The notes below the pieces were generated by a model. The model was not told where the DNA came from. It worked only from the letters and a program-made list of their open reading frames with translations, and did not search any database. Below, piece by piece: positions 16,831 through 26,758 of a DNA stretch of 42,109 nt. The position numbers were made by a program, and so were the translations under genes. The stretch is from positions 1 to 42,109 of the IMG/VR virus record IMGVR_UViG_3300037474_000032. The stretch is one strand, 5' to 3'. Source of the DNA: a virus. Numbering within the stretch: the first letter of the stretch is position 1; each line of letters opens with the position of its first letter.

Positions 16831-17451
16831 ATGCTTGCTTCTGATATCGATAATCCTGAATTTCTCGGCTCCAAAAACCCCGATGACATGCTGCATGTCG
16901 AGTTTTACGACTACGCAGCCCCCGACCCTTGGGCGACACGCGAAACCGGCATTCAAAGCTTCCGCAAGGAATGTCCGTTCGTCCGCATTCAAGTGCCGGG
17001 CCAAAAGGACACCATCATTGAAAGACCCGCAGATGGAAAGGACTTGAAGCGCTTCCCCCGTCAATGGCTGCACTACCAAATGATGACCGGGAAGATCGCC
17101 AATGCGGAGAATGTCCCCGGCTGGCAGATCGAGGAATGGGAAGAACTCAATCCGGAGCAAGTCAGGCAACTCAAGTTCCTCCGTTTTTATACCGTGGAAC
17201 AGATCGCAGGGGCTAATGACGCCCAGATTCAGGGTATTGGCATGGGTGGAGCGGGGCTTCGCACTAAAGCTCAGGATGCCCTGCGAGCACGACAAGGGCA
17301 GGCTGTAAGTCAGGCCGTCGCGGAGCGTGACGCCAAGATCGCGGGTCTGGAAGACAGCATTGAACAGATGAAACAGATGATGGCACAACTCTTGGCGGTG
17401 CAAGCCGAAGAGCCTAAAAAGCGTGGGCGTCCGGCGAAGGTTGAAGAATGA
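16831..17451 (+). CDS. Hypothetical virion-module protein
   Basis: 206-aa ORF with SD aaggatacc upstream. Function unknown. Confidence 0.7.
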   Translation: MLASDIDNPEFLGSKNPDDMLHVEFYDYAAPDPWATRETGIQSFRKECPFVRIQVPGQKDTIIERPADGKDLKRFPRQWLHYQMMTGKIANAENVPGWQIEEWEELNPEQVRQLKFLRFYTVEQIAGANDAQIQGIGMGGAGLRTKAQDALRARQGQAVSQAVAERDAKIAGLEDSIEQMKQMMAQLLAVQAEEPKKRGRPAKVEE

Positions 17452-17753
17452 GCCACAGCCTTTACGAGGTAGACAAAAAGATTCTCGCCATCGTCAAGTT
17501 TGGCCCTCCTACGTCTGTAGATGGCCTGAAACCTGCCGAGTACTACCAAGTCACGATTGACCCGGAGAAGATTTCACCTTCTGGTGACTACATCCGCTTT
17601 GGGACTTACGGTGGAGATGAAATCATCGGCTGGCAGCGTTGCGCGGCTTTGACGCTGGTTGAAGTCTTGGGCGAGTGGCAGGAAACCGAGGAGCAGACCT
17701 TTAAGTTCGGCACTCAAGGCCGCGTCGAAATGATGATGAGGGATGATGGCTAA
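17448..17753 (+). CDS. Hypothetical virion-module protein
   Basis: 101-aa ORF with an ATGA overlap with the upstream gene. Confidence 0.7.
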   Translation: MSHSLYEVDKKILAIVKFGPPTSVDGLKPAEYYQVTIDPEKISPSGDYIRFGTYGGDEIIGWQRCAALTLVEVLGEWQETEEQTFKFGTQGRVEMMMRDDG

Positions 17754-18654
17754 CAGCACCATGCTTCAGCTAGTACAGCAGGCCACCGGAGAAATGGGGC
17801 TTGCTGTACCTAACGCTGTCGCGGGTAGCACCTCAACGGACACGATTCAGCAACTCGCCCTGTTGAATGCTGTTGGCTATGAGCTTCTCAGAAAACACCC
17901 CTGGCAGGCGCTGAACAACGCCTACATCTTCCAAGTAGATGTCATCACGATTACCGGGAACACGACTCTCAATTCCTCGAACATCACGAATGCCTCAAGC
18001 ATCGTTGGAATTGACAGTAATTATCAGGTTGCAGGTCTTGGTATTAATCAGGCGACATATGTAAGCGGAACCCCTTCGGGTTCGACTATCGGTCTTAGTC
18101 AACCGGCCACAAGCACGAATACCGGCGCGACTTTTACGCTAACTAAAGTCAAGTACGCCATGCCGTCAGACTATGACCGGCAGATCGATAACACCCATTG
18201 GGACAAATCGAAGCACTGGCAGATGTTAGGTCCTGAATCCCCTCAACAATGGGAATGGCTGCTCTCCGGTTATATCTCGACAGGCCCGAGAGTTAGATAC
18301 CGAATCTTTCAAGACAAGTTCCAGATTTGGCCGGCTGTTGGTAGTGCTGAAGTCCTGGGTTTTGAGTATGTGAGTAAAGGATGGGCCAGGAGCACGACTG
18401 GAACCGTTCAAAACTCCTTCACCGCTGACACTGATACCTGTATTTTCCCTGACCGTCTGATGGTCCTGGGACTTAAACATAAGTATTTCCAGGTCAAGGG
18501 TTTTGGGGATGTCTATGCTCAAGACTACGACGACGAATTAGGAGAGGCCAAGACCAACGACGCAGGCTCCGCAACTCTAGCCATGGCGCCTCAACCGGGT
18601 AATGTGCTTATTACCTGGAATAACATACCCGATTCAGGTTACGGGCAGTCGTGA
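17743..18654 (+). CDS. Virion structural protein (putative adaptor/tail component)
   Basis: 303 aa in the tail-proximal module. It contains the cluster GNTTLNSSNITNASS. Confidence 0.6.
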   Translation: MMANSTMLQLVQQATGEMGLAVPNAVAGSTSTDTIQQLALLNAVGYELLRKHPWQALNNAYIFQVDVITITGNTTLNSSNITNASSIVGIDSNYQVAGLGINQATYVSGTPSGSTIGLSQPATSTNTGATFTLTKVKYAMPSDYDRQIDNTHWDKSKHWQMLGPESPQQWEWLLSGYISTGPRVRYRIFQDKFQIWPAVGSAEVLGFEYVSKGWARSTTGTVQNSFTADTDTCIFPDRLMVLGLKHKYFQVKGFGDVYAQDYDDELGEAKTNDAGSATLAMAPQPGNVLITWNNIPDSGYGQS

Positions 18655-20180
18655 GAATGATTCCCAGTCCCTTGAACAAGGGGCGAGCAAAAGAACAGAC
18701 ACTATCAGCACCAACCGGGGGATGGAACGCCCTGGACTCTCTCGAAAGCATGCCGCCGAATGACGCCCCGATTCTTACTAATTGGGTGCCGACTCCAACG
18801 ACATGCACTGTTAGAAACGGTTATACCCAATATGCCACCGGCCTTGTTTCCCAAGTCGAAACTGTTGCATCTTTCGTTGGGACGACAAGTAGCAAGCTGA
18901 TAGCAGCCGCTGGTACGAATATCTACGATGTGACCAGTGGTGGGACGGTCGGCGCTCCAGTTCAAACCGGTCTTAGTAATGCCCGATGGCAGTTTGTAAA
19001 CTACGCAAATACAGGTGGTTCCTATCTCTATCTCGTCAATGGCGCGGATGCTCCGAGATACTGGGATGGGACAACCTGGACCAATGCAGCGATTACAGGT
19101 GTCACTCCTGCAAACCTGATCCACATCAACCTACATAAAAACAGGGTATGGTTCGTTGAAAAGAACAGTCTCAATGCCTGGTATCTCGCCACAAGCGCCA
19201 TCGCAGGGGCCGCGACAAAGTTTGACCTGACTGGGGTTGTTCAGCAAGGTGGTTACCTCGTCGCCATGGGGACATGGACTATCGACGCCGGTTATGGGGT
19301 GGATGACTACGCGGTCTTCATTACGAGTAAGGGTGAAGTCCTCGTTTACAAAGGCTCAGACCCTGCTGATGCAACGACCTGGGGACTGATCGGAGACTTC
19401 CAAATTGGCGCTCCGATTGGGAGGCGCTGCTTCCTGAAGTACCAAGGAGACCTGTTGATCATCTGCCAAGATGGTCTCTACCCCATGTCGGGGGCTTTGC
19501 AGTCTTCGAGAACCAATCCGAAGGTTGCCCTTAGCTACAAGATTCAATACGCCATGTCCCAGGCGGTAAGTACCTATGGGGGAAATTTTGGATGGGAAGT
19601 CTTCCAATTTCCCAAACAAAACCTTCTATGGGTAAATGTTCCTGTCGCTGAAGGTTCGACCCAACAACAATACGTGATGACCACGATTAATAAGTCATGG
19701 TGCAACTTCAAGGGTTGGAGCGCGAACTGTTGGGAACTGTTCAACGATGACCCGTATTTCGGTGGTAATGGATTTGTAGGTAGGGCTTGGAATGGTCTTG
19801 CGGACAACGGTACCGATATTCAAACCGATGCCCTACAAGCTTTTAACTACTTCGGAAGTGAGGCCCTAAAACGCTTCACAATGATGCGACCCTTCCTGTT
19901 GACCAACGGAAGCCCCGCCGTTTTAGGTAGTTTGAATATCGATTTCAGTCTCGCAGACACAACGGCGGCACTGACGTTCAGTCCAATTGCTTACGCGACC
20001 TGGGATAACGGGATTTGGGACTCCTCCGTCTGGGGTGGTGACCTGAATCTGTCTAGCCAATGGCAGGGTGCTCAAGGGGTAGGAAATACCGCCGCGATAA
20101 GAATTAAAAGCGCAACACAGGGCATTCAACTCCAATGGACGGCCACGACCGTGGTATGGGAGACCGGGGGCATTCTTTGA
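18651..20180 (+). CDS. Virion structural protein (putative tail tube/hub component)
   Basis: 509 aa with a GTGA-type overlap with the upstream gene. Beta-rich composition. The call rests on position. Confidence 0.6.
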   Translation: MRMIPSPLNKGRAKEQTLSAPTGGWNALDSLESMPPNDAPILTNWVPTPTTCTVRNGYTQYATGLVSQVETVASFVGTTSSKLIAAAGTNIYDVTSGGTVGAPVQTGLSNARWQFVNYANTGGSYLYLVNGADAPRYWDGTTWTNAAITGVTPANLIHINLHKNRVWFVEKNSLNAWYLATSAIAGAATKFDLTGVVQQGGYLVAMGTWTIDAGYGVDDYAVFITSKGEVLVYKGSDPADATTWGLIGDFQIGAPIGRRCFLKYQGDLLIICQDGLYPMSGALQSSRTNPKVALSYKIQYAMSQAVSTYGGNFGWEVFQFPKQNLLWVNVPVAEGSTQQQYVMTTINKSWCNFKGWSANCWELFNDDPYFGGNGFVGRAWNGLADNGTDIQTDALQAFNYFGSEALKRFTMMRPFLLTNGSPAVLGSLNIDFSLADTTAALTFSPIAYATWDNGIWDSSVWGGDLNLSSQWQGAQGVGNTAAIRIKSATQGIQLQWTATTVVWETGGIL

Positions 20181-20614
20181 TCGTCGCCGGTCCCGGCGTT
20201 GTGGAGTACGTGGAGAGAGTCAACGGCAGGAAAGACCCATACAGCGGTTATCCGGTCGGGATTGGGATTGAGAAAGAGGGGAAGTTGATCGGCGGAATTG
20301 TTTTCCACGAATTCAACGGTTCCAATTTTTACATACATGTTGCTAGTGATCACCCTAAACGATGGGTGACGCGCGAATGGCTGCACTCTGTTTTTTCCTA
20401 TGCCTTCGATGTCTGCAAGGCAAAACGAATCACCGGAATTGTCCCTGAATCAAATCAGGTGGCACTCAATTTTGACTTGTCTGTCGGCTTCGAAATCGAA
20501 GCAAGGCTTAAAGACGCGCACCCTAAAGGCGACATGCTGGTTATCAAGATGACCCGAGAAACTTGCAAATGGATTGACTATGAGCGATTCCCCAAGCCCG
20601 CCGCCCGCTCCTGA
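20177..20614 (+). CDS. GNAT-family N-acetyltransferase embedded in the tail module
   Basis: Lies in ORF 20135..20614. TTG 20177 overlaps the upstream TGA; ATG 20135 and ATG 20156 are alternatives. The sequence IGIEKEGKLIGGIVFHEFNG...ITGIVPESNQVALNFDLSVGFEIEARLKD fits the GNAT fold. Confidence 0.65.
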   Translation: MIVAGPGVVEYVERVNGRKDPYSGYPVGIGIEKEGKLIGGIVFHEFNGSNFYIHVASDHPKRWVTREWLHSVFSYAFDVCKAKRITGIVPESNQVALNFDLSVGFEIEARLKDAHPKGDMLVIKMTRETCKWIDYERFPKPAARS

Positions 20615-21377
20615 TTATGCGGGAGCAGCGAATGCGACCGCCGCAGGCAACCTAGAAGCGGCGCAGTACGCCACCAAAGCGAACCGGGTCAATCAATACA
20701 CGCCCTATGGGAACCTGATTTACTCCCAACAAAACCCGGATGATCCTAATTCCACATGGTCAAGCCGTATCGATCTTTCTCCCACAGGGCAACAACTTCT
20801 CGACTACAGTAACGCCTCCTCTCTAGGTCTTGGGCAGCAGACCAATCAGGCTTTGGGAAGGGTGAACGACGCGCTCTCTCAACCATTCGACCAAAAGTCC
20901 GTACAGGATATCTACGATACCTCGTACAAGACCCAGACCGACAGGCTCGACCCACAATGGCAACATCAACAGGGGATGGTGGAGAACCAGCTAGTCAACC
21001 AGGGACTAAGGCCGGGGACTGAGGCGTACGACAACGCCATGCGGGTATTTAACCAGGGCAAGAATGACGCCTATGGTCAAGCACGACAAAGTGCAATTTC
21101 CACCATGCCGCAGACCTACCAGCTCGCAACAGCGGCGAGAAACCAGCCTTTGAATGAGTTGAATGCCCTTAGAACTGGGTCTCAGGTAACGAACCCGAGT
21201 TTCAATAGTGCCGTTCCCCAACAACAGACCACGGCGGGAGCAAATCAGTTGGGCGCCATGCAAGCAGGTTCACAGTACAACCAAGGTCTGTACAACGCCA
21301 ACGTTGCGCAGCAAAACTCCTATAACCAAGGGCTTATGTCCCTCGCTGGCACCGCTCTCGGTGCATTCCTGATGTGA
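20574..21377 (+). CDS. Q/N-rich internal virion/ejection protein (putative)
   Basis: 267 aa, low complexity and Q/N/A-rich, with a C-terminal hydrophobic tail LAGTALGAFLM. Position is typical of podovirus core proteins. Confidence 0.6.
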   Translation: MTMSDSPSPPPAPDYAGAANATAAGNLEAAQYATKANRVNQYTPYGNLIYSQQNPDDPNSTWSSRIDLSPTGQQLLDYSNASSLGLGQQTNQALGRVNDALSQPFDQKSVQDIYDTSYKTQTDRLDPQWQHQQGMVENQLVNQGLRPGTEAYDNAMRVFNQGKNDAYGQARQSAISTMPQTYQLATAARNQPLNELNALRTGSQVTNPSFNSAVPQQQTTAGANQLGAMQAGSQYNQGLYNANVAQQNSYNQGLMSLAGTALGAFLM

Positions 21378-21679
21378 AGCCGTTCGAATATTCCATGTCG
21401 TCTTTCCTGGGTGAAAGACCTATCCAGGCATGGAAGGACGACACCTATTGCGCGATTGCCTATGAGTGTTGCGGGGCTATTCATCTGACCGTCAACAGGC
21501 TCGATATGAAAGACGGCATCACTTGGGACGAACTTCAGCGGATCAAGAACGCCTGCGGGTTTGAAGACCGGGACGCTGTTGAGGCTTACCCAAGACAGAG
21601 AGACGTGATCAACACAGGGAACATCCGGCACTTGTACGTATTTGAGCAACTGCTACCGCTTATCACCAGGGCAAATTAA
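21374..21679 (+). CDS. Hypothetical protein
   Basis: 101-aa ORF. GTG 21374 overlaps the upstream TGA. Confidence 0.6.
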   Translation: MKPFEYSMSSFLGERPIQAWKDDTYCAIAYECCGAIHLTVNRLDMKDGITWDELQRIKNACGFEDRDAVEAYPRQRDVINTGNIRHLYVFEQLLPLITRAN

Positions 21680-23361
21680 TGGCTACCGCACCTATCAGCT
21701 ACGGCAGTGAATATGGTACTGATTCAGCGGCGATTGAACGCGCGCGCAAGTACGCGGAACTCATGCAGCAACAGTCCTTGCAGCCTACCGAACAGCAAAC
21801 GGCGGGTGGGTGGGTTATTCCTACTTCATGGACTCAGGGTCTTGCTAAAGCTGCTCAAGGGATTGCCGGGGCATATGGACAACGTAAAGCCGATGAAAAA
21901 GAAAAGGCTCTCGCCACAAAGTATCAAACCGACCTTGCGGACGTAATTAAAAGAGGAACCGCCGCACAGTCCGGCACCCCTGAGAGGTCCTTCCAGACCC
22001 CCGCGAATGAGATGGGGGATGAGGCTGCTACCCAGAGAATCCCAGCCACTCAAGCAGATCCTGGGGCCGCTGCGGGCATTTACATGAGTCACCCCGCAAC
22101 CCAGCAATTGGGCATGCAGTTGGCCCAACAGAACGCGCAACGTCAGCAATGGGCGCAATTGCTGGGTGGTGCGCCTGGCGCAACCCCAGGCGCTCCGCAA
22201 GGTGCCGCCCCTCAAAGTCCAAGCCTGCTTTCTGGCACAGGCATAGACGAACGCACTGCACAGGCCATGCTGTTGGCCGATCCTACCGGAAAGACCTTGA
22301 CAGAGGCTATTGCAAAGGCGCGTTACGACCTGAATAAGCCGCATATCTCTGCTAACGGCCAGGTTGTCCAATACCAACAACTACCAGACGGAACGATGGG
22401 TTTCGCGCCTGGTCGTGGTGCTGTCGCTGCCGCCCAGCAGTTCGCAGACGTGATGAGTCCGATGGATCGTCAGAAAATGGACATCGCTGCCGCCGAGCAA
22501 TTCGACAAGACCGGCCGAGATTTGCCCGGTTATATCCAGGGCCGCCGCGCCGCACCACAGGCCCAGCAACCTCAATTGCCCCCTGAACTGGCCGGACTTC
22601 CCCCCGCTCAAGCGCAGGCCATCATGGCTGACATGCAGAAGACGGGCACGCAAAACGCCAATTTCCGCCTCGGCCCTTCGGATGCTTCCGGCCCTGTAGC
22701 ACCCCAGAACATCCGCGCCGGAACCATCGGGCGCCTATCCGCAACTCCTACAGGAACCTCTCCCGCCGATCAGCGCGCCATTGATAAAAAGATGGGAGAA
22801 AAGCTCAACGATCTGACGGCAGAGGAAATTATTAGCGGCTACAAAGCCAGTCAAAAAGCCGCCGATCAACTGTCATCCATTCAGGAAAGCCGCAAAGCTA
22901 TTGCCGGGGGAGCCTTTCAAGGGGCTGGAGCGGGGGCCAAAACGGACATTGCGAAATTTGCTAAAGGCGTGTTTGGTATCGACCTTGATCCGACCAAAAC
23001 GGCAAATTCCGATTATTTGCGCTCCACTCTCGGCTCACAAGTTCTTAATTGGGCCAAGGCATTGGGAAGCAACCCCTCCAATGCCGATGCAAAACGCATT
23101 GATGAGATTGTGGGGAACATCGACAAAGACCCCGGCGCCCTTAATGAACTTTTGGATTGGCAGGAACAAATTGTTCGAAAGTCGGTGGCTCAGCATAACT
23201 CTAACGTGGATCAAATGGAAAAGCGCGGATATCGGCCGCCGATTGATTACCGCGTCCAACTCCCCGAACCCACGCAGTTTGAATCCAAGAATCCGGGACG
23301 GCGCGAAAGTGACAAAACGCCAGTTAAGCGTTACAACCCGGCCACAGGAAAGATTGAGTAA
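21679..23361 (+). CDS. Internal virion/ejection protein (putative)
   Basis: 560 aa, Ala/Gln/Pro-rich. Tightly coupled to its neighbours (TAATG junction). Confidence 0.6.
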   Translation: MATAPISYGSEYGTDSAAIERARKYAELMQQQSLQPTEQQTAGGWVIPTSWTQGLAKAAQGIAGAYGQRKADEKEKALATKYQTDLADVIKRGTAAQSGTPERSFQTPANEMGDEAATQRIPATQADPGAAAGIYMSHPATQQLGMQLAQQNAQRQQWAQLLGGAPGATPGAPQGAAPQSPSLLSGTGIDERTAQAMLLADPTGKTLTEAIAKARYDLNKPHISANGQVVQYQQLPDGTMGFAPGRGAVAAAQQFADVMSPMDRQKMDIAAAEQFDKTGRDLPGYIQGRRAAPQAQQPQLPPELAGLPPAQAQAIMADMQKTGTQNANFRLGPSDASGPVAPQNIRAGTIGRLSATPTGTSPADQRAIDKKMGEKLNDLTAEEIISGYKASQKAADQLSSIQESRKAIAGGAFQGAGAGAKTDIAKFAKGVFGIDLDPTKTANSDYLRSTLGSQVLNWAKALGSNPSNADAKRIDEIVGNIDKDPGALNELLDWQEQIVRKSVAQHNSNVDQMEKRGYRPPIDYRVQLPEPTQFESKNPGRRESDKTPVKRYNPATGKIE

Positions 23362-25346
23362 TGCCTACCCGCGTTGATGTGCCAGGAATGGGAATTGTCG
23401 AATTCCCAGATGGTATGTCAGATGCGCAAATCGCTGCCGCCATTCAAAAAAGCACCGCGCCCCCATCACGCATCGGTACATTTGGAAATTCCCTTGTAAA
23501 GGGCGCCGCAGGTTTTGGCGACATGATCGGGAATGGGTTGGTCAATACATCCAACCTTTTAATCGCTGGTTACGGAGCGACCAAAGGGGCGTTAGGTGGA
23601 AAGGACCTTCCAGACCTGATTCCATCGGATGCTTTGTCCGGTTATAGCAAGATCGGCCATGCAACTGGACTGATTAAGCCGGAACGTGAGCCAACCGATG
23701 CTCTGGGGCGAGTTATCGATGTAACTGGGCAAGTCATCGGCGGGGGCGGGGTAAATCCCGCCGCTGCCGCTCGGTCCTTGTCTCGCGGTGCCGTTCTTCC
23801 GGTTGTTAGAGATGTAGTTGCCGCAACTGCCGGAGGGGTGGGTGCCGGGCTTGGCGCGGAAGCGGTAAGGAACGTTAAAACCGGCTCAGATACGCTCGAT
23901 AGAACCATCAAGGCGATTGTTCCAATACTGACCGGGGCGGCGCCAAGTGCGGTCCTATCTTCTCGCGGAACGGCTGGGGACCGAACGTCAGCAGCACTTT
24001 CTGGCGTCACGGAAGAACAATTGCGGATGGCAAAAGCTATCCAGGAAAAAGCCAATGCTGCTGGAACTCCGGTAACCGGCTATGAAGCCATCCAAGCGGT
24101 TACGGGGATCAACCCCAAGATGCAGACCCAGCAGCGGGTTACCGAACAGTCAGACGCCGCCGCTCCCCTGACTTCCATGATGCAGAAGAGGCCCGAGAAC
24201 AATGCCGCCTATTTTGAGAGGGTTGCCGGTGGAATTGCTCCAAAAGAGGCTCTTCCAGATACTCTAGCTGGGCAACTTCGCACAAGCGCCGAAGGCGCGA
24301 TCAATGAGGCTAGGCAGTCTGGCAATGCTGCCGCAAAGCCTTATTACGATGTGGCCAGACAGACCAAACTAAGCCCGGCCCAAGCATCAGCAACGGTCTT
24401 TGAACCGGCGCTGAATATGGCGATTGAGAAGGTAAGGAAAGACCCGCTCAATCACGCATATGGAAAACCAGCGAATAGCGTTGAGGTAATCGACGCGGCT
24501 AAAAAGTATTTGGATGACATCGGCTCTAGCGCGTCCATGTCAGGTAAAAACAGCCTCGCATCCAACGCAAAAAGCGCCGCCCTTACCGCGAAGAACGTAG
24601 GCATAGCTGCTTCGCCTGAATACGGCACAGCACTTCAGATCACGGCAGACAACATGAAGAATGTTGTTGAGCCGATGAAAAATAGTCAGGTTGGAAAACT
24701 CTCACGATCCGACGAATTCAAAGCACAAGCTGGAGCCCTTCTACCCGAAAATCCGATGGACGTTACCCCGTCCGTTGTTGACAGAACCATCAGGACTGTC
24801 AGCCAGCAAGACCCGGACGTTGTTCGTAAGTTTCTCGCTCAGTACCTTCGAGGAACCTTCAATGAATCGAGTGGCGGTGGGGTCGGAAATAATGCCTTCG
24901 GTGGTTATCAGTTCGCCAAGAAGGTTGCGGACAATCCCGGCCAAAAAGAAAACCTGATTCAGGCCTTGAAGTCTTCCGGGGCTAATCCTGCTGGGATTTC
25001 CGATGCCCTGGATATCTTCCGCGCTCAGGGGATGAAACCTCCCGTCAACTCAGCGACCACAGCCAATGCCACGGAAGCGGCGGCGATGGGGCAGAAGAAG
25101 ATGATTGACGCCATTCTGCACCCGGTGAGCGTAGCCCCTGGCTACCTTGCAGGGAAAACTGACGCCTGGCGAAACGGCATGTCAACCAAGGAAATGGCGA
25201 AAGCCCTTTCCGATCCGAACAGCATCCAACGCCTTGAAGAACTGGCGCGGGCAAACGGGACTTACAACCCGCTAACTCAGCAGATGCTGGCGCAAATGAT
25301 TCTGGCTAGCCGCGCGAATTCAGCCACTCAGCCAGAAGGAAGATAA
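23361..25346 (+). CDS. Internal virion/ejection protein (putative)
   Basis: 661 aa, Ala/Gly-rich with glycine-zipper-like hydrophobic segments. TAATG junction with the upstream gene. Confidence 0.6.
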   Translation: MPTRVDVPGMGIVEFPDGMSDAQIAAAIQKSTAPPSRIGTFGNSLVKGAAGFGDMIGNGLVNTSNLLIAGYGATKGALGGKDLPDLIPSDALSGYSKIGHATGLIKPEREPTDALGRVIDVTGQVIGGGGVNPAAAARSLSRGAVLPVVRDVVAATAGGVGAGLGAEAVRNVKTGSDTLDRTIKAIVPILTGAAPSAVLSSRGTAGDRTSAALSGVTEEQLRMAKAIQEKANAAGTPVTGYEAIQAVTGINPKMQTQQRVTEQSDAAAPLTSMMQKRPENNAAYFERVAGGIAPKEALPDTLAGQLRTSAEGAINEARQSGNAAAKPYYDVARQTKLSPAQASATVFEPALNMAIEKVRKDPLNHAYGKPANSVEVIDAAKKYLDDIGSSASMSGKNSLASNAKSAALTAKNVGIAASPEYGTALQITADNMKNVVEPMKNSQVGKLSRSDEFKAQAGALLPENPMDVTPSVVDRTIRTVSQQDPDVVRKFLAQYLRGTFNESSGGGVGNNAFGGYQFAKKVADNPGQKENLIQALKSSGANPAGISDALDIFRAQGMKPPVNSATTANATEAAAMGQKKMIDAILHPVSVAPGYLAGKTDAWRNGMSTKEMAKALSDPNSIQRLEELARANGTYNPLTQQMLAQMILASRANSATQPEGR

Positions 25347-25414
25347 CCAGCAAGGCCACCCAGACTACTGCTATCCACGCAAGTAGTTGCATAACGCTCT
25401 CTGAAGGAAATTCT

Positions 25415-26731
25415 ATGCCTAGAAACGGGGCAGGTACCTACACGCTCCCAGCCGGGAACCCCGTTGTAACGGGTACCACTATCAGCAGTACCGTGCAGAA
25501 TAACACGACTTCCGATATTGCGACGGCTCTAACGCAGTCTATCGCGGTAGATGGGCAGTCTGTTGTGACGGCCAATATCCCGATGAACAGCAATAAACTG
25601 ACGGGATTGGGAGCGGCTACGGCTTCAGGGGATGCCTTGTCTTATGGGCAATCTGGGATCTCAGTTGCTGGCCTTACCCTTACCGGGGCTTTGAATGAAG
25701 CACAAGGGGCGGATATTGCCTCTGCCGCTACAACCAACCTCGACACCGCGACAGGCAACCTTGTAGACGTAACCGGTACTACCACTATTACCGCGATCAC
25801 CTTGTCTCAAGGTCGGTCGAGAACCGTGCGCTTTACAGGCTCCCTGACCCTGACCAATGGGGCAAGTCTGGTTCTCCCCGGTTCTCAGAATATTCAAACG
25901 ACTCCGGGGGACTTCGCGGTATTTCGTGGCTATGCATCAAGCGTTGTTCGGCTGGTTTCTTATTCACGTGCTCTTGTTCCGAGTTTTACCCCACCTGCGG
26001 GAGTGATTTTTGGCCTGACCATGAGCACCGCAGGCAGTTCCGCGACCATGACGGTAGCTGCTGGAACGGCGATGGATAGTACCGGTGTTATCGCAATGAA
26101 GCTCCTTGCTTCCACCGGAAAAACTACCTCGGCATGGGCTGTTGGCACAGGGAATGGCGGCCTTGATACTGGCTCAATTGCCAATAACACTTGGTATCAC
26201 TTCTACCAAATCATGAGGCCGGATACGGGTGTCGTGGATGTGGTTTTTTCGACCAACGCAACGTCCCCAACACTGCCGACGAACTACACATTCTATCGAC
26301 GAATAGGGTCTGGCCGTACAAACGGTTCAGCCCAATGGACCAGTTTCACCCAGGATGGGGATTATTTTGAGTGGGCTAGTCCAACCCTAGATGTGAATGC
26401 CGCTGCTCCAGGCGCTTCCGCCGTCACTCGTACTTTGACAACTCCCCTTGGAGTTTCGGTAAGGGCGGCTGTGAACATCTATCTGGACGGCACCACATCG
26501 GGGGACGCTGTTTATCTATCGGACCTCGCCACTACAGACCTCGCGCCTTCAATTACCGCCTCCCCCCTTGCGCAGGCAAACGTCAATGCCGCCTTAAACG
26601 GCTTTGGCAATGCGATTGTTCGTACCAATACATCCTCGCAAATCAGAAGTCGTTGTCAGGTCGGCGGAGGTTCAAACGTCCTCCGACTCGCTACTACCGC
26701 ATGGTATGACCGTCGCGGCCAAGACGCTTAA
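25415..26731 (+). CDS. Tail fibre protein
   Basis: 438 aa. The N-terminus MPRNGAGTYTLPAGNPVVTGTTISSTVQNNTTSDIATALTQSIAVDGQS...MNSNKLTGLG...GDALSYGQ is the conserved phage tail-fibre N-terminal motif. Confidence 0.8.
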   Translation: MPRNGAGTYTLPAGNPVVTGTTISSTVQNNTTSDIATALTQSIAVDGQSVVTANIPMNSNKLTGLGAATASGDALSYGQSGISVAGLTLTGALNEAQGADIASAATTNLDTATGNLVDVTGTTTITAITLSQGRSRTVRFTGSLTLTNGASLVLPGSQNIQTTPGDFAVFRGYASSVVRLVSYSRALVPSFTPPAGVIFGLTMSTAGSSATMTVAAGTAMDSTGVIAMKLLASTGKTTSAWAVGTGNGGLDTGSIANNTWYHFYQIMRPDTGVVDVVFSTNATSPTLPTNYTFYRRIGSGRTNGSAQWTSFTQDGDYFEWASPTLDVNAAAPGASAVTRTLTTPLGVSVRAAVNIYLDGTTSGDAVYLSDLATTDLAPSITASPLAQANVNAALNGFGNAIVRTNTSSQIRSRCQVGGGSNVLRLATTAWYDRRGQDA

Positions 26732-26758
26732 AATGGAAGCCTCACAAGTGAGGTTCCC

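Noticed and set aside
16819-17403. 194-aa minus-strand ORF
   Set aside because: It is antisense to a plus-strand gene (16831..17451) that has an SD and sits in a tightly packed late operon. There are no supporting signals.
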